Notes: generated by a model not told the origin, from the letters alone. Numbered from the stretch's first letter, positions 25,262-37,576 are shown. The stretch is DNA of 64,000 bases from Octopus sinensis (GCF_006345805.1 NC_043022.1:20398001-20462000), one strand, 5' to 3'. Numbers and translations: made by a program.

Positions 25262-26569
25262 ATGTATATCGTCAGGAGATTCTCCAACCGACGGAGTTTC
25301 TGTGGGAGCTTAGCAATAATCATTCTGCTCTGCTGTTTGGTCTACGCTTTGCTTGGTTCACATCTGAGGATAATAGCTGTTTCAAACTTCCAGCTCATCA
25401 GGAAGTCTTTGCCAGAAGATTTACTGCGCCATGCAACTACTCGACAGACAAGTTCCCAACATGGCAACGCTGCGTGGCACACTAACCGCAATGTCGTCAC
25501 AGCTTCTACATTGGCAAAAAATATTTCTAAATTACATTCCAAACAGATGACGACGCACCAAAATGTAATCCAAAAAAAAGTTATTAAAAAATTAATTTCT
25601 GATATCAAGCAATCTAATCCAAAAAGTTTTCACGAAACAAAACATGTAAAAGAAGAGGCCTTGAAAAAAGACAATTTTCCAAAACGTTTTCATATACCTG
25701 ATGTGCCCCCTGTGTCTGTTGATGACACAGTTCCTTATATACCAAAACCTGTGATAAATCATTTCTTAACGTTACCAAAACGAGAATACACAGAAGAAGT
25801 TCTTATTTTGACTCCAATTCATAATGTCGCTGATCATTTGAATCACTATACTAATCTACTGAAGAATTTGACCTATCCTCGCCACCTGGTATCAGTGGCA
25901 CTCGGTGAGGACTGTAGCACTGACGAGACGTTGATTGTGGCAAAGGGTGTTGTTGAAGAACTGTCTCGCATATTCAAAACAGCCAGGCTGTTTCACTTTA
26001 ACTTAACTGGTCAAATAACTGGGCGATGGAGTGTCGTGCATGATCACGCAATGCAGTTGTCACGGCGCAGCCATCTGGCGAAATCACGTAATCTCCTCCT
26101 ACGGAACAGTCTGAAAGACGAAACATGGGTCATGTGGATTGACAGCGACGTGTCACGCATACCCGGTGACTTGGTTCAGCAGCTAATCTCAGCTGACAAG
26201 GATGTTGTAGTTCCATCTTGCCTTTTTCATGATGGAGTCAACACAAGAGTTTATGATAAGAACACTTGGCGGGAGACAAATTTATCATGGGAAAAGCAAA
26301 AACACCTACCGCCAAACCAATTGGTTCTAGAGGGATACGGTCCCTCAAATCGGCTGTATTTACCTCACCTGCGTGCAGAGGGTCGTCTGGTACCCATAGA
26401 CGGCGTTGGTGGCTGCAGTCTTCTCGTTCGAGGAGACTGTCACAGAAAAGGATTGGTATTTCCAGAAGAAATATACCAAAATCATATAGAAACGGAAGGT
26501 TTATCAAAGATGGCAAGAACTATGAAATTTTCTGTGTATGGAATGCCTTTTGTCGAAGTTTACCATTAA
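25262..26569 (+). CDS. Anp1/Mnn9/Van1-family (GT62, Pfam Anp1-like) glycosyltransferase, type II Golgi membrane topology, 435 aa, intronless CDS
   Basis: Uninterrupted 435-codon ORF in non-repetitive sequence. N-terminal TM anchor (SLAIIILLCCLVYALLG) and ~115-aa stem. Motifs EEVLILTP, LTYPRHLV, RRSHLAKSRNLLL, WVMWIDSDV (DxD at 26141-26149), YDKNTW, LVLEGY, IDGVGGCSLLV, HRKGLVFP and HIETEGLSKMAR...VYGMPFVEVYH* are collinear with recalled yeast Mnn9 motifs (VLILTP, LNYPRELI, WVLWLDADI, YDFNNW, LDGVGGG, LIETEGFAKMAK...FGLPNYLVYH). Acceptor (poly-T...ttacag) at 25111-25135 upstream; AATAAA at 26732-26737. Confidence 0.9.
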   Translation: MYIVRRFSNRRSFCGSLAIIILLCCLVYALLGSHLRIIAVSNFQLIRKSLPEDLLRHATTRQTSSQHGNAAWHTNRNVVTASTLAKNISKLHSKQMTTHQNVIQKKVIKKLISDIKQSNPKSFHETKHVKEEALKKDNFPKRFHIPDVPPVSVDDTVPYIPKPVINHFLTLPKREYTEEVLILTPIHNVADHLNHYTNLLKNLTYPRHLVSVALGEDCSTDETLIVAKGVVEELSRIFKTARLFHFNLTGQITGRWSVVHDHAMQLSRRSHLAKSRNLLLRNSLKDETWVMWIDSDVSRIPGDLVQQLISADKDVVVPSCLFHDGVNTRVYDKNTWRETNLSWEKQKHLPPNQLVLEGYGPSNRLYLPHLRAEGRLVPIDGVGGCSLLVRGDCHRKGLVFPEEIYQNHIETEGLSKMARTMKFSVYGMPFVEVYH

Positions 26570-26925
26570 AAAGAATATAAAGTTTAGCAGATTAAAATTT
26601 TATCTGATAAGAAAAATTATTGAAATTTTATCTGGAAGAAAGAAAAAAAAAAAAAGAATTCAGAATGGAAATGCTATTTTCAATGTAAATTAATTCGGAT
26701 TTGAAACGTTCTATAAATCATTTCATGCTGGAATAAATATGTTTTGATAATGCCTTATGTTTAATATATAAATCACACGAAAAAGAAAAACATACTACCA
26801 TTTTATAATAATATAAAATCATACTTCAATGTTCTTTGTCTATTTATTATTGTTTTTTGTTGTTGTTATTCTACTTCTGCTCCTTTTTATGATTCTTATC
26901 ATTATTGTTTTATTTCTTGTTATCA

Positions 26926-26958
<33 letters not shown>

Positions 26959-27149
26959 GTTATTATTATTACTATTATTATTATTATTATTATTATTGTT
27001 GTTGTTATTGCAATTGTTGTGATGCTGGCAGTGGAGGTGGGGGAGTGTTGTTTGTTCCACTCCTCCTGTTATTCTTGAAAACCAAAATTTCTTACATGAC
27101 CAGAAGGCTATGGAAATCAGATTACAGAGCAGAGATTAGTTCCACAAAT

Positions 27150-27154
27150 TGAAA

Positions 27155-27214
<60 letters not shown>

Positions 27215-27635
27215 CACGTATGTAAAGATACATACATTTTTGTATGTGTATATATATATGTGTGTGTGCGTTTGTGTGTGTGTGTATGTGTGTGTATATT
27301 GATAGAAATGGTAAGACAACAAAAGAATGAAAGAGACCTCGATATTATGTAAATAGAGGAATCTATCTGTAGCTATAATATGCGGCAATTATTCGGTCGG
27401 TAGCCATGATAAAACTCCGAGTTTCGGATGTCGGGGCGGAACCCACGCCGCAGGTCATTTTCATAGCATTTTTTCGATGGCCGGATAACTGAAGGATAGC
27501 GGATGGGTTTCCGCCCCGACATCCGAAACTCGGAGTTTTATCATGGCTACCGAATAACTTCACATGTTATGATTACAGATGTATATGTATATATATATAT
27601 ATATAATATATATATATAATATATATTATATATAT

Positions 27636-27687
<52 letters not shown>

Positions 27688-28010
27688 CATATATATATAT
27701 ACATATATATATATACATAATATATATATATATATATATCTAATATATTATATATATATATATATTACTATATATATATATATATATATCTAAAGATATA
27801 TACATATGTAAAGATATACATACATATATTTATATATATATACGCACATATGTGCGTGTTAGTGTATGCATATATGTATGAATATTTGTGACTATGTGTG
27901 TGCGTACGTACGTACCTATGTATGTACGTACCTATGCATGTATGTATGTATGTATGTATGTATGTATGTATGTATGTATGTATGTATGTATGTATGTATG
28001 TATGTATGTA
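27150..28010. repeat. (TA)n/(TACA)n/(TATG)n microsatellites with a fold-back MITE at ~27305-27580 (relative at ~49235-49635)
   Basis: Direct inspection; shared gagacctcgatattatgtaaatagagg leader and internal inverted repeat. Confidence 0.85.
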
Positions 28011-28529
28011 TGTAGAGGTATATTGATGCAAAAAGGAAAAAAATAGAAAACATGAGTACGTGTAGTTTTTTTTTTTTAATATTTAGCAGAAGCAACAGAG
28101 TGACTCAAGGGTCGGTGCTCGGGCTAATACGAATGAGCCTCGTAGGTACAAAGGATTAACTGGCGTCTCTTGTCAAGAGTAGAGGCGACTGTCAGATCAC
28201 TAATGTTCGTTGTGCACTCCGCTATCATTATTTGATTGCTGTTATTCTGTGCGTCTCTTTGCAAAGATCAGTTGTATTTTGCAGGGTTGCTTTATCTTAA
28301 CCCTTAACTTAGAACTGGAGAAAGACATAGTGCTAGATATAACAAGTAAGGTATTTGCGACTAGAAATAAAGCTGCAAAACACGAAATTCTTCGAGCAAG
28401 CATGTGTCTTATGCGAAATCTGTTATGAGCCCGAGTGACGCTGATGACCTGGAGTCGCATATATATAGTGTACTGTTCTGTGATGATAATATCAACAAAA
28501 AAGTACTCCATCTGGAGAGAGATAAATAT

Positions 28530-29560
28530 TACCGTAAATCCTCGAGTATAGTCCACCCCTGGGTATAATACGCAGGAGATTTCTACGGGGCTGTACCTCT
28601 GACAAACCTAAAGCTTGTGTATAATACGCACCCCTTCTCCAACTTCAGTCAAAGAGGTCTATATAATGTCCTTGGTTTGTAAAAATGTATACGGTAATGT
28701 CCTTTATTTTTATTGTATATATAACATAATGCAAACGTGTAGCTTTTTTGTGCATTTTGTTTGCAGAAAATAAAGAAATAACAGTAATAACGTTTAATAA
28801 ATGTTGCTTACTGCAAGTTATGGGTGATTCTTTTATAACTTCATTGCTTTCAGGCTTAGCTTAAGGTATTTTCGCGCCCGACATCACAAAATGCGTCTGA
28901 ATAAACATTGCCGGACAGCAAATACAGACTAAAATTATTGCAGTGGTCTTCCCATCCCTGTAATGTACCACTTCCCAACTACGCACTGCTACCATAAGTG
29001 TTTCAATGAACGTAATATAAAGGTCAGCAATTCCTAACACAACAACAGCATTTCCAACCCGACCGGAAACATACACATTTTCATACTCTAACACAGCAAC
29101 ACACCAGCAACTAACAATAATCAAGCTACTTGCTTCCTAAGGAGATTCTGTCTTTTAAAAGTCTATTCTGAAGCTTACACCATCGGATGATATCCAAAGA
29201 ATCGAAGGTTACCATTAATCACTTGAAGGAACGGAGCGATCAGCATCTGAATTTCTTTAAGTCAAAGAACAGGATAAATTCTACTTCTCTGACCCGTTTT
29301 ATCTAGAAACTTCGAGAGCAAGGAAAACAAAAATTACAAAACTAACTTGAGACATTACCGATATCGAATTGCAAAACAGGAAAATCTTGCTGTACAAGAA
29401 ACTTCATATTCTGAACTAACCCGTGGTATCTATCAGCAAGAGATTCAAAGTGATTTCCAATCGCTGTCACAGACAAGCAGTTCTCTTGGGTACATTTTCC
29501 ACTAACAGATCCGGAAAATAAAGCAAGAGAAATAAGCCGATCTCTTTAATATTGCCCTAT
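28530..29560 (-). mobile_element. Degenerate pogo-like DDE transposon remnant
   Basis: Terminal ccgtaaatcctcgagtatagtcc motif; minus-strand fragments RELLVCDS and LQFDIG resemble pogo DDE_1 motifs; many stops. Confidence 0.45.
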
Positions 29561-30103
29561 GCAAATTTTTTAATATTTAGCAGAAGCAAATATTACTAAT
29601 ACGAATGAGCCTCGTAGGTACAAGGGATTGTACAAGGGATTGTACCTCTTGTCAAGAGTAGAGGCGACAGTCAGATCAGTAATGTTCGTTGTGCACTCCG
29701 CTATCATTATTTGATTGCTGTTATTCTGTGCGTCTCTTTACTCTCTCTCTCTTTTACTTGTTTCAGTCATGAAAAAAATGTGTCAATTAAGAAGTTTGTC
29801 AGACGTCTAGTAGCAAGGCCGAGGAATATCTTCCCCTCAACGTTGAACATTGAAACGATTCTGAAATGATTCCGAACTGATCAACGTTCTTCGATTCTTC
29901 CTTCCTTAGAAAATTAACCCTTTGTGCACACATCCATTAATGAGGTACATTGCCGTCTTTCATAATATCACTTTTATCATATTTCAGTATGTCATGACGT
30001 GCCCAAGGTTACTACTCCACAGACTGTGGAATAACGATTGCAGTTTTGTACACCTTGTAATGTATTTCATCCCATCCTTGGTCTGTCAGAGGTTCTCAGC
30101 TAG

Positions 30104-31047
30104 CGTCCATATGACACTTGGCGGTCCATATGACTCCTGGCGGACCATATGACTCTTGGCGGTCCAGATGGCTCTTGACGATCCATATGACTCTTGACGG
30201 TCCATATGACTCTTAACGGTCCATATGACTCTTGACGGTCCATATGACTCTTGACGGTCCATATGACTCTTGGCGGTCCATATGACTCTTGACTCCATAT
30301 AACTCTTGACAGTCTATATGACTCCTGGTGGATCATATGACTCTTGACGGTCCATATGACTCTTAACGGTCCATATGACTCTTGACGGTCCATATGACCC
30401 TTGACGGTCCATATGACTCTTGACGGTTCATATGACTCCTGGCGGACCATATGACTCTTGGCGGTCCATATGACTCTTGACGATCCATATGACTCTTGAC
30501 GGTCCATATGACTCTTAACGGTCTATATGACTCTTAACGGTCCATATGACTCTTGACGGTCCATATGACTCTTAACGGTCCATATGACTCTTGGCGGTCC
30601 ATATGACGCTTGACGGTTCATATGACTCTTGACAGTCCATATGACTCTTGACGGTCCATGACTCTTGACGGTCCATATGACTCTTGACGGTCCATATGAC
30701 TCTTGGCGGTCCATATGACTCTTGACAGTCCATATAACTCTTGACAGTCTATAATATGACTCCTGGCGGATCATATGACTCTTGACGGTCCATATGACTC
30801 TAAACGGTCCATATGACTCTTGACGGTCCATATGACTCTTGACGGTCCATATGACTCTTGACGGTTCATATGACTCCTGGCGGACCATATGACTCTTGGC
30901 GGTCCATATGACTCTTGACGGTCCATATGACTCTTAACGGTCCATATGACTCTTGGCGGTCCATATGACGCTTGACGGTTTAAATGACTCTTGACAGTCC
31001 ATATGACTCTTGACGGTCCATATGACTCTTGACGGTCCATATAACAC
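30104..31047. repeat. 19-bp minisatellite (tgacggtccatatgactct), ~49 units, higher-order structure
   Basis: Periodic unit; variant blocks recur (e.g. actcctggcggaccatatg at ~30135, 30435, 30875). Confidence 0.95.
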
Positions 31048-31489
31048 TTAGTTCAATGTTGTTTGCAATAAATCGGTTACATTTCTGCAATACACAAAAT
31101 ATCTTAACAATTTTTTTAAAATACAATTCCTAATGATACTAAATTATAAGGATATTTTTAAATATCTAATGGCTCCTGTCGACCGGAGTAAAATAAGAAT
31201 TAAAAGGGTCCCATAGATAAATAATCGTTGAAAACCACTGGACTAAGCTTTCTTTTGTATTCTTGACCACCACCTAGACCTCCTTCCCGTCGAAGTCCAG
31301 AGCAAATCGAGATTTTCTAAAAGCTCAGATCTTACTACTCGTATTCATCCCCGAGGGTCTCTCAGGGGTAAATGAGATAGAATAAGTACTAGGCTTACAA
31401 AGAATAAGTCCTGGGGTCGATTTGCTCGATCGACTAAAGGCGGTGCTCCAGTATGGCCGCAGTCAAATAACTGAAATAAGTAAAACAGT

Positions 31490-32062
31490 AGAAGAGCAAA
31501 GGAGAATACCTGCGATACGACCCATTGCCTCGTCGCCGCAAGCTTGCCGAAGTATGCTCAATGTCTCCGTAGCAGACTTCCCAAGTTTAGCGCAAAATTT
31601 CACGATGGCTCTTTGTTCCTGTCCAAGACAAAATCGCAGACTACAGCATACACGTGATCACAAAAACACAAATTTCACAACTTGTGAAATAAAAACAGCG
31701 ATGTCACTGGACACACTAGTTCGCGAAAGTCACTGCTAGCTCTCACTGCGCATACAACCGCGTGCTGCCATCTGTTGGCGCGGTACTGAACTACAAAAGG
31801 CGGCGAGCCGGCAGAAACGTTAGCACGCCGGGCGAAATGCGTAGCCGTATTTCGTCTGTCGTTACGTTCTGAGTTCAAATTCCGCCGAGGTCGACTTGGC
31901 CTTTCATCCTCTGGGGGTCGATAAATTAAGTACCAGTTACATACTGGGGTCGATGTAATCGTCTTAATACCTATGTCTGTCCTTGTTTGTCCCCTCTGTG
32001 TTTAGCCCCTTGTGGGTAATAAAGAAATAGGTACTGAACTAGTCCGGGAATTTTTCGATAGC

Positions 32063-32067
<5 letters not shown>
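31490..32067. mobile_element. mariner-like MITE interrupted by a SINE-B monomer (31794-32029)
   Basis: 12-bp TSD ggtactgaacta at 31782-31793 and 32030-32041 flanking a tRNA-derived SINE; mariner-type terminus at 32040-32067. Confidence 0.6.
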
Positions 32068-32102
<35 letters not shown>

Positions 32103-32844
32103 GTACTTTTGAGTTGCGATAAAAACAATTTAACATTAAACTGAAAAACTACTCAAAACATTTTTGTAGAGTATCTACTTATTAGACTTTTACATGAAAG
32201 GTGACAGTGACTTCGAAGTCACTAACACAACTCTTATGGTAAAAGTATTATGTGTGTGTGCATTATATGTATATGCGTGCATGCGCGCGCGCGTATGTGT
32301 GTGTGTAACCAAGGTACAAAAAAGATGTACTCCGAAGGAATTCAAAGGGTAGCGTAATCCAAGGGTGAGATAATCCAGTGTACGGAAATCCAAGAATTAG
32401 GTATTCCAAATTTTGTCAATTGATATAGGCGTAGGAGTGGCTGTGTGGTAAGTAGCTGGCTTACCACAACATGGTTTCGGGTTCAGTCCCACTGCGTGGC
32501 ACCTTGGGCAAGTGTCTTGTGAGTGGATTTGGTAGACGGAAACTGAAAGAAGACCGTCGTATGTATGTGTGTGTGTGTCTGCCCCCCCCCCCACATTTCT
32601 TGACAACCGATGAGGGTGTGTTTACTTAGCGGTTCGGCAAAAGAGACCGAAATAATAAGTACTAGGCTTACAAAGAATAATTCCTGGGGTCGATTTGCTC
32701 GACTAAAAGGCAGTGCTCCAGCATGGCCACAGTCAAATGATTGAAACAAGTAAAAGAGAGTAAAGAGTAATTGATTGTCCAAAGAGTTGACGGGGGGGGG
32801 GGATATCTGGCTATTACTGGCTATTTCCAAAGCTGGCAGACAGT

Positions 32845-32887
<43 letters not shown>

Positions 32888-32897
32888 GCAGATAGAC

Positions 32898-32963
<66 letters not shown>

Positions 32964-33025
32964 GTAGGTGGTAGGTAGGTAGGTAGATATATAGACATAG
33001 ATAGATAGATAGATAGATAGATAGA
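32845..33025. repeat. (GATA)n microsatellite (larger (GATA/GACA)n tract at 54035-54370)
   Basis: Direct inspection. Confidence 0.95.
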
Positions 33026-33540
33026 TCCCGGTTAGAGATAGATATGGGTTCAAATCCCGCAGATAACCCTCAACTGCTTTTTTTATCCAAATATTTTTAG
33101 CTTGATATTTTACAGGCTATTTATTTGCTTCGAGATTCACCGTTCCGAAAAAGAATAATTTCTCTAATTGAAATTCGAGATAAACAATCAAAGGGAGGTA
33201 ATTCTTCTATACACGTTTTCAACTACATTATTAATTCAGGCGATTATTTAAATAAATTATATCATAATTAGTCAACCAATAATCACTGATTACTATCTTT
33301 TTTTTTATTAATATTATTTCAAGACTCAAGCTTCTCGACAGACAACAAAACATTGTTTAGTATGGTTAAATATTTACACGACAACAAGTACATCTCCGTA
33401 ATATTTACAGGGAACATCTGAAAGAGTTTCTTCCCCTTGACCATATGTCGTTATATTTGTCTTGAGAAGGCTGTTTGTTATAAAGAAATAACTGAAAGAA
33501 CTACGCTTCGACTTCAGTCGATTTATCCAACTTTCGGATG

Positions 33541-34330
33541 ATTTTAAAGCATAAATTTTTGAATAAAATTAGAAAATTTAATTGAAAATCAAATAAAATA
33601 CAGATGAAAATATGTAAATATAATTTTTTTTTAAAGAGAAAGAGAAAGAAATTTATTAAAACAGAAAGAAGCTAATAAACTTTTGAAAATGTTTGACGTA
33701 AGTCGCATATATTGAAACCCAACTACCGACGTAAATTGAAGTATGTATCAGACATATTTTAAAGCATAAATTTTTGAATAAAATTAGAAAATTGAATTGA
33801 AAATCAAATAAAATACAGATGAAAATATGTAAATATAAATTTTTTTTAAAGAGAGAGAGAAAGAAAAATTTATTAAAACAGAAAGAAGCTAATAAACTTT
33901 TTTAAATGTTTTCTCGTTTACCGACGTAAGTTGAGGTATGCATCAAACATATTTTAAAGCATAAATTTTTGAATAAAATTATAAAATTGAATTGAAAATC
34001 AAATAAAATACAGATGAAAATATGTAAATATAAATTTTTTTTAAAGAGAGAGAGAAAGAAAAATTTATTATAACAGAAAGAAGCTCATAAACTTTTGAAA
34101 ATGTTTTCTTGTTTACCGACGTAAGTTGAGGTATGCATCGACCATATTTTAAAGCATAAATTTTTGAATAAAATTATAAAATTGAATTGAAAATGAAATA
34201 AAATACAGATGAAAATATGTAAAAAAAACAATTTTTTTAAGAGAGAGAGAAAGAAAAATGTATTAAAACAGCTAATAAAATTTAGAAAAATTTTCTCGTG
34301 TTACATCATTTATTGACGTAAGTCGCATAT
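33541..34330. repeat. AT-rich ~200-bp tandem repeat, ~4 units
   Basis: ttttaaagcataaatttttgaataaaatt... recurs at ~33541, 33756, 33952, 34145. Confidence 0.9.
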
Positions 34331-34663
34331 ATATTGACAGCCAACTACCGACGTAAGTTGAGGTAGGCATGTAACTTGGCAAAAAAATTGCTGCGTGTAA
34401 GAGTCCACGTCTCTTTGTAATATTCTCTTCTTTGTTTCAGGTATCGGACAGCAGCCATGCTGGAGCAGCGCCTTGAAGTAGCTGATCAAACAAATCAACC
34501 CCAGGCGAGGCTATATGGTGAGAAGCTTGCTTCCCACCTATATGGTGCTGGGTTCAGTCTCATTGCGTGACACCTTGAGCAAGTGTCTTCCGCTATAGCC
34601 TTGGGCCGACCAAATCTTTGTGAGTGGATCTGGTAGACAGAAACAAAAGGAGCCTGTTATATA

Positions 34664-35060
34664 TCTTTATATATAAAAGTCAAGTTGTGTGTCTGTCTCC
34701 TACGATTTAGATTCCTAACTACTCCCACATTTTGCGGTGCAGTTTAACCAAAACCGGGTATCTTATAGTCGTGATTCATATCGAGCCCTTCTGGGTATTA
34801 GCGCGCGTCTACGATGAGTCTACGATTTTAAAAATAATTTACCATCATTTCTTTTCATTTTAATGCATTTTTTCGCTATTAAATAAGGGAAGTAACTCTC
34901 TAAAAATGTCTACGATGAGTCAACGATTTAAAAAAAAATTTACCATAATTTTTTTTCCATTTTTAATGCATTTTTTGCTATTTTTTGGCTATAACTCTCT
35001 AAAAATGCTTATATAGTTATTTCCTTTACAAACCCGAGCAACGCCGGGCGATACTGCTAG
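34664..35060 (+). mobile_element. Non-autonomous Helitron
   Basis: A|TC at 34664; cccgagcaacgccgggcgatactgCTAG|T end; 3' 200 bp shared with 21600-21780. Confidence 0.8.
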
Positions 35061-35074
35061 TATATATATATATA

Positions 35075-35123
<49 letters not shown>

Positions 35124-35513
35124 GGGCAGGCAACAGTTTGCTTAGCCACACACCGAAAAATTAGAAACAGCAGTCAAAGACTTTATTTCTATTTTCTACA
35201 AACGAGACACTCCACATACGACATATCCCTGTAATTCACATATGCAAAACACAAGGAAGAATTACAGAGATATGTCATATGTGGAGTCTCATTTGTAGAA
35301 AATAGAAATAAACAGTCTTTGACTGCTGTTTCTAATTTTTCGGTGTGTGGCTAAGCAACCTGTTGCCTGACCCTTTTTATTTATATACAAAATATATTGA
35401 ACTTTTTTTATAACAGTTCCTACCGTTAATGGTTATATTTACATGCCGAAATCTACCCGTAAATAATTGTTGGGTTTTTTTTTTAAACTATTACAACTAT
35501 TATTTACTCTTAT

Positions 35514-35544
<31 letters not shown>

Positions 35545-35546
35545 TA

Positions 35547-35602
<56 letters not shown>

Positions 35603-35987
35603 CTCTTTACTCTTTTACTTGTCTTTTACGTGGCCATGCTGGAGCTGCCTTTAGTCGAGCAACTCGACCCCGGGACTTATTCTTTGCAAGCCCAGTACTT
35701 ATTCTATCGGTCTCTTTGCCGAACCGCTAAGTTACGGGGACGTAAACACCACGCATCAGTTGTCAAGCAATGCTAGGGGGACAAACACAGACACACAAAC
35801 AAACACACATACATATATATATATCACATATACGCAGGCTTCTTTCAGTTTCCGTCTACCAAATCCACTCACAAGGCATAGGTCGGCCCGGGGCTATAGC
35901 AAAAGACACTTGCCCAAGATGCCACGCAGTGGGACTGAACCCGGAACCATGTGATTGGTAAGCAAGTTACTTACCACACAGCCACTC

Positions 35988-36028
<41 letters not shown>

Positions 36029-36309
36029 TAATAATAATAATATCGCATATCTTGTCCTTACCTTCGTATCGCGGAGTAGACGACACAGGGACATCTGAAG
36101 AAGGGGAATATTCCTAGAGTTGTAGGCCTTGTACTCTGTTCTTTCGTTGTTTGAAAAATAGTCCCGTTTCCATGTTTTTGTTTTTAAGTTTCTGTTTCAC
36201 ATTGTGTTCAACGTTCTTTTTGATGTCCTGTACCCATCTATGCATGTATATATACACATAGATGTATGTATATATACATATAGATGTAGGTATGTACATA
36301 TATGTATGT

Positions 36310-36530
36310 TAAGTTAATTTTTTGGTTCAAAAAGCAAAAGCAAGGCCATGTAGAGGGACATGGAGTTATGTACAGGGAGGGTGTTCATGCAAAAGAGATC
36401 AGGCCATTTCTGGTCAAGAGAGACTATGAACCGAGCGGTCGTCGGCATCTTATTCCACGGATCCGCAACCCGGACGGAGAAGGCCCCTCTCCTTCGATCG
36501 AGATGAAATCATATTATTATGTGATCGAAT
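36310..36530 (-). mobile_element. CR1/L2-type LINE 3' fragment
   Basis: Minus frame FHLDRRRGAFSVRVADPWNKMPTTARFIVSLDQKWPDLF matches the CR1-type RT C-terminus (R..FFS.RV...WN.LP...FK..LD). Confidence 0.65.
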
Positions 36531-37095
36531 GCCATGCATCCTTTTCCAAGTAAGTTTTTATCATAATAATTATGATACGCGCCCTTTTATCTCTCTCTCT
36601 CTCTCCCTCCGTCTCTTGTTCTTCATCCTTTCTGTTTTTCTCTCCCGCACTTCCCTGTTCTTCTCCTTTCCCCTTTACTGTTCCCTCTCTCTTACTCCTC
36701 CTCCTCCTCCTCCTCCTCGACCCTCGTCACTGACACGTGACCGGAGGGAACCCATCTTTCCGACTATCTTCACAAAGGTAATAAGCTGTCTCCTCAAGCG
36801 TTCAAAATAATTTTTCTATCGTCTTGGCTTAAACTAAAGCGTTTGACCCTGTCATAAAAACAAAACAAAAAGTAGTGTAATAGGTGTAAAACAACTTGCT
36901 CTAAACGAATATGACAAAAAAAAAAATGCGCGCTCGCGAAAGGATGGGGTGGGGAAGAGGACTCGGAAAATTCACATCGTGGATGTTCCGGGTTTGACCC
37001 TGGCACAAAAACAAAAAAAAAAGTACCACAGTGGGAATGAACCCGGAACCATGTGGTTGGTAAGCAAGCTACTTACCACATATATATATATAATA

Positions 37096-37136
<41 letters not shown>

Positions 37137-37576
37137 ACATATATATATAATACATATATATATATATATAATACATATATATAATACAATATAATATAAT
37201 ACATATATATAATATATATAATATATTTTTATACTGTATACATAAATGATTTTATATATATATATAGCAAAGGGAAAAAACGATTATGTTATGAACTTCA
37301 TAGGCATACAGCTGTTTCTCCTACAAGACGCAGTGGGTTCATAGTTGAGTGCTTGAATAACAGCAGAAACATCTGTAAGCCAATGAAGTTCATAATCTAA
37401 TCTTTTTTTTCTTTGTGATCTCGTTTTCTTATTACCCCCTCTGTATTTCTCTAGCATTGTGATCTGAAGTATACACATATTGATTTCTACACCAGGTTAT
37501 TAGTCTCACAATGCTTAAGTGGAATGTGTGTGTGAAGGTGCTAGTGGTTAGGTTGTTACACTCACAATCACTAGAT

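Noticed and set aside
28072-29739. LTR retroelement interpretation of the direct repeats
   Set aside because: No TG...CA ends, PBS, PPT or gag/pol remnants; interior is DNA-transposon-like.
30086-31040. Repetitive ORFs (MDRQESYG...) and possible CRISPR-like array
   Set aside because: Contiguous 19-bp units with no unique spacers; the peptide periodicity is a direct consequence of a stop-free 19-mer; no cas genes.
34410-34450. Strong acceptor-like tctttgtttcag
   Set aside because: It is the reverse-oriented SINE-A tail, seen at many copies.
36080-36180. CTGAAGA...GAAA...GTC near 36088
   Set aside because: No stem I or II complementarity; not a hammerhead.
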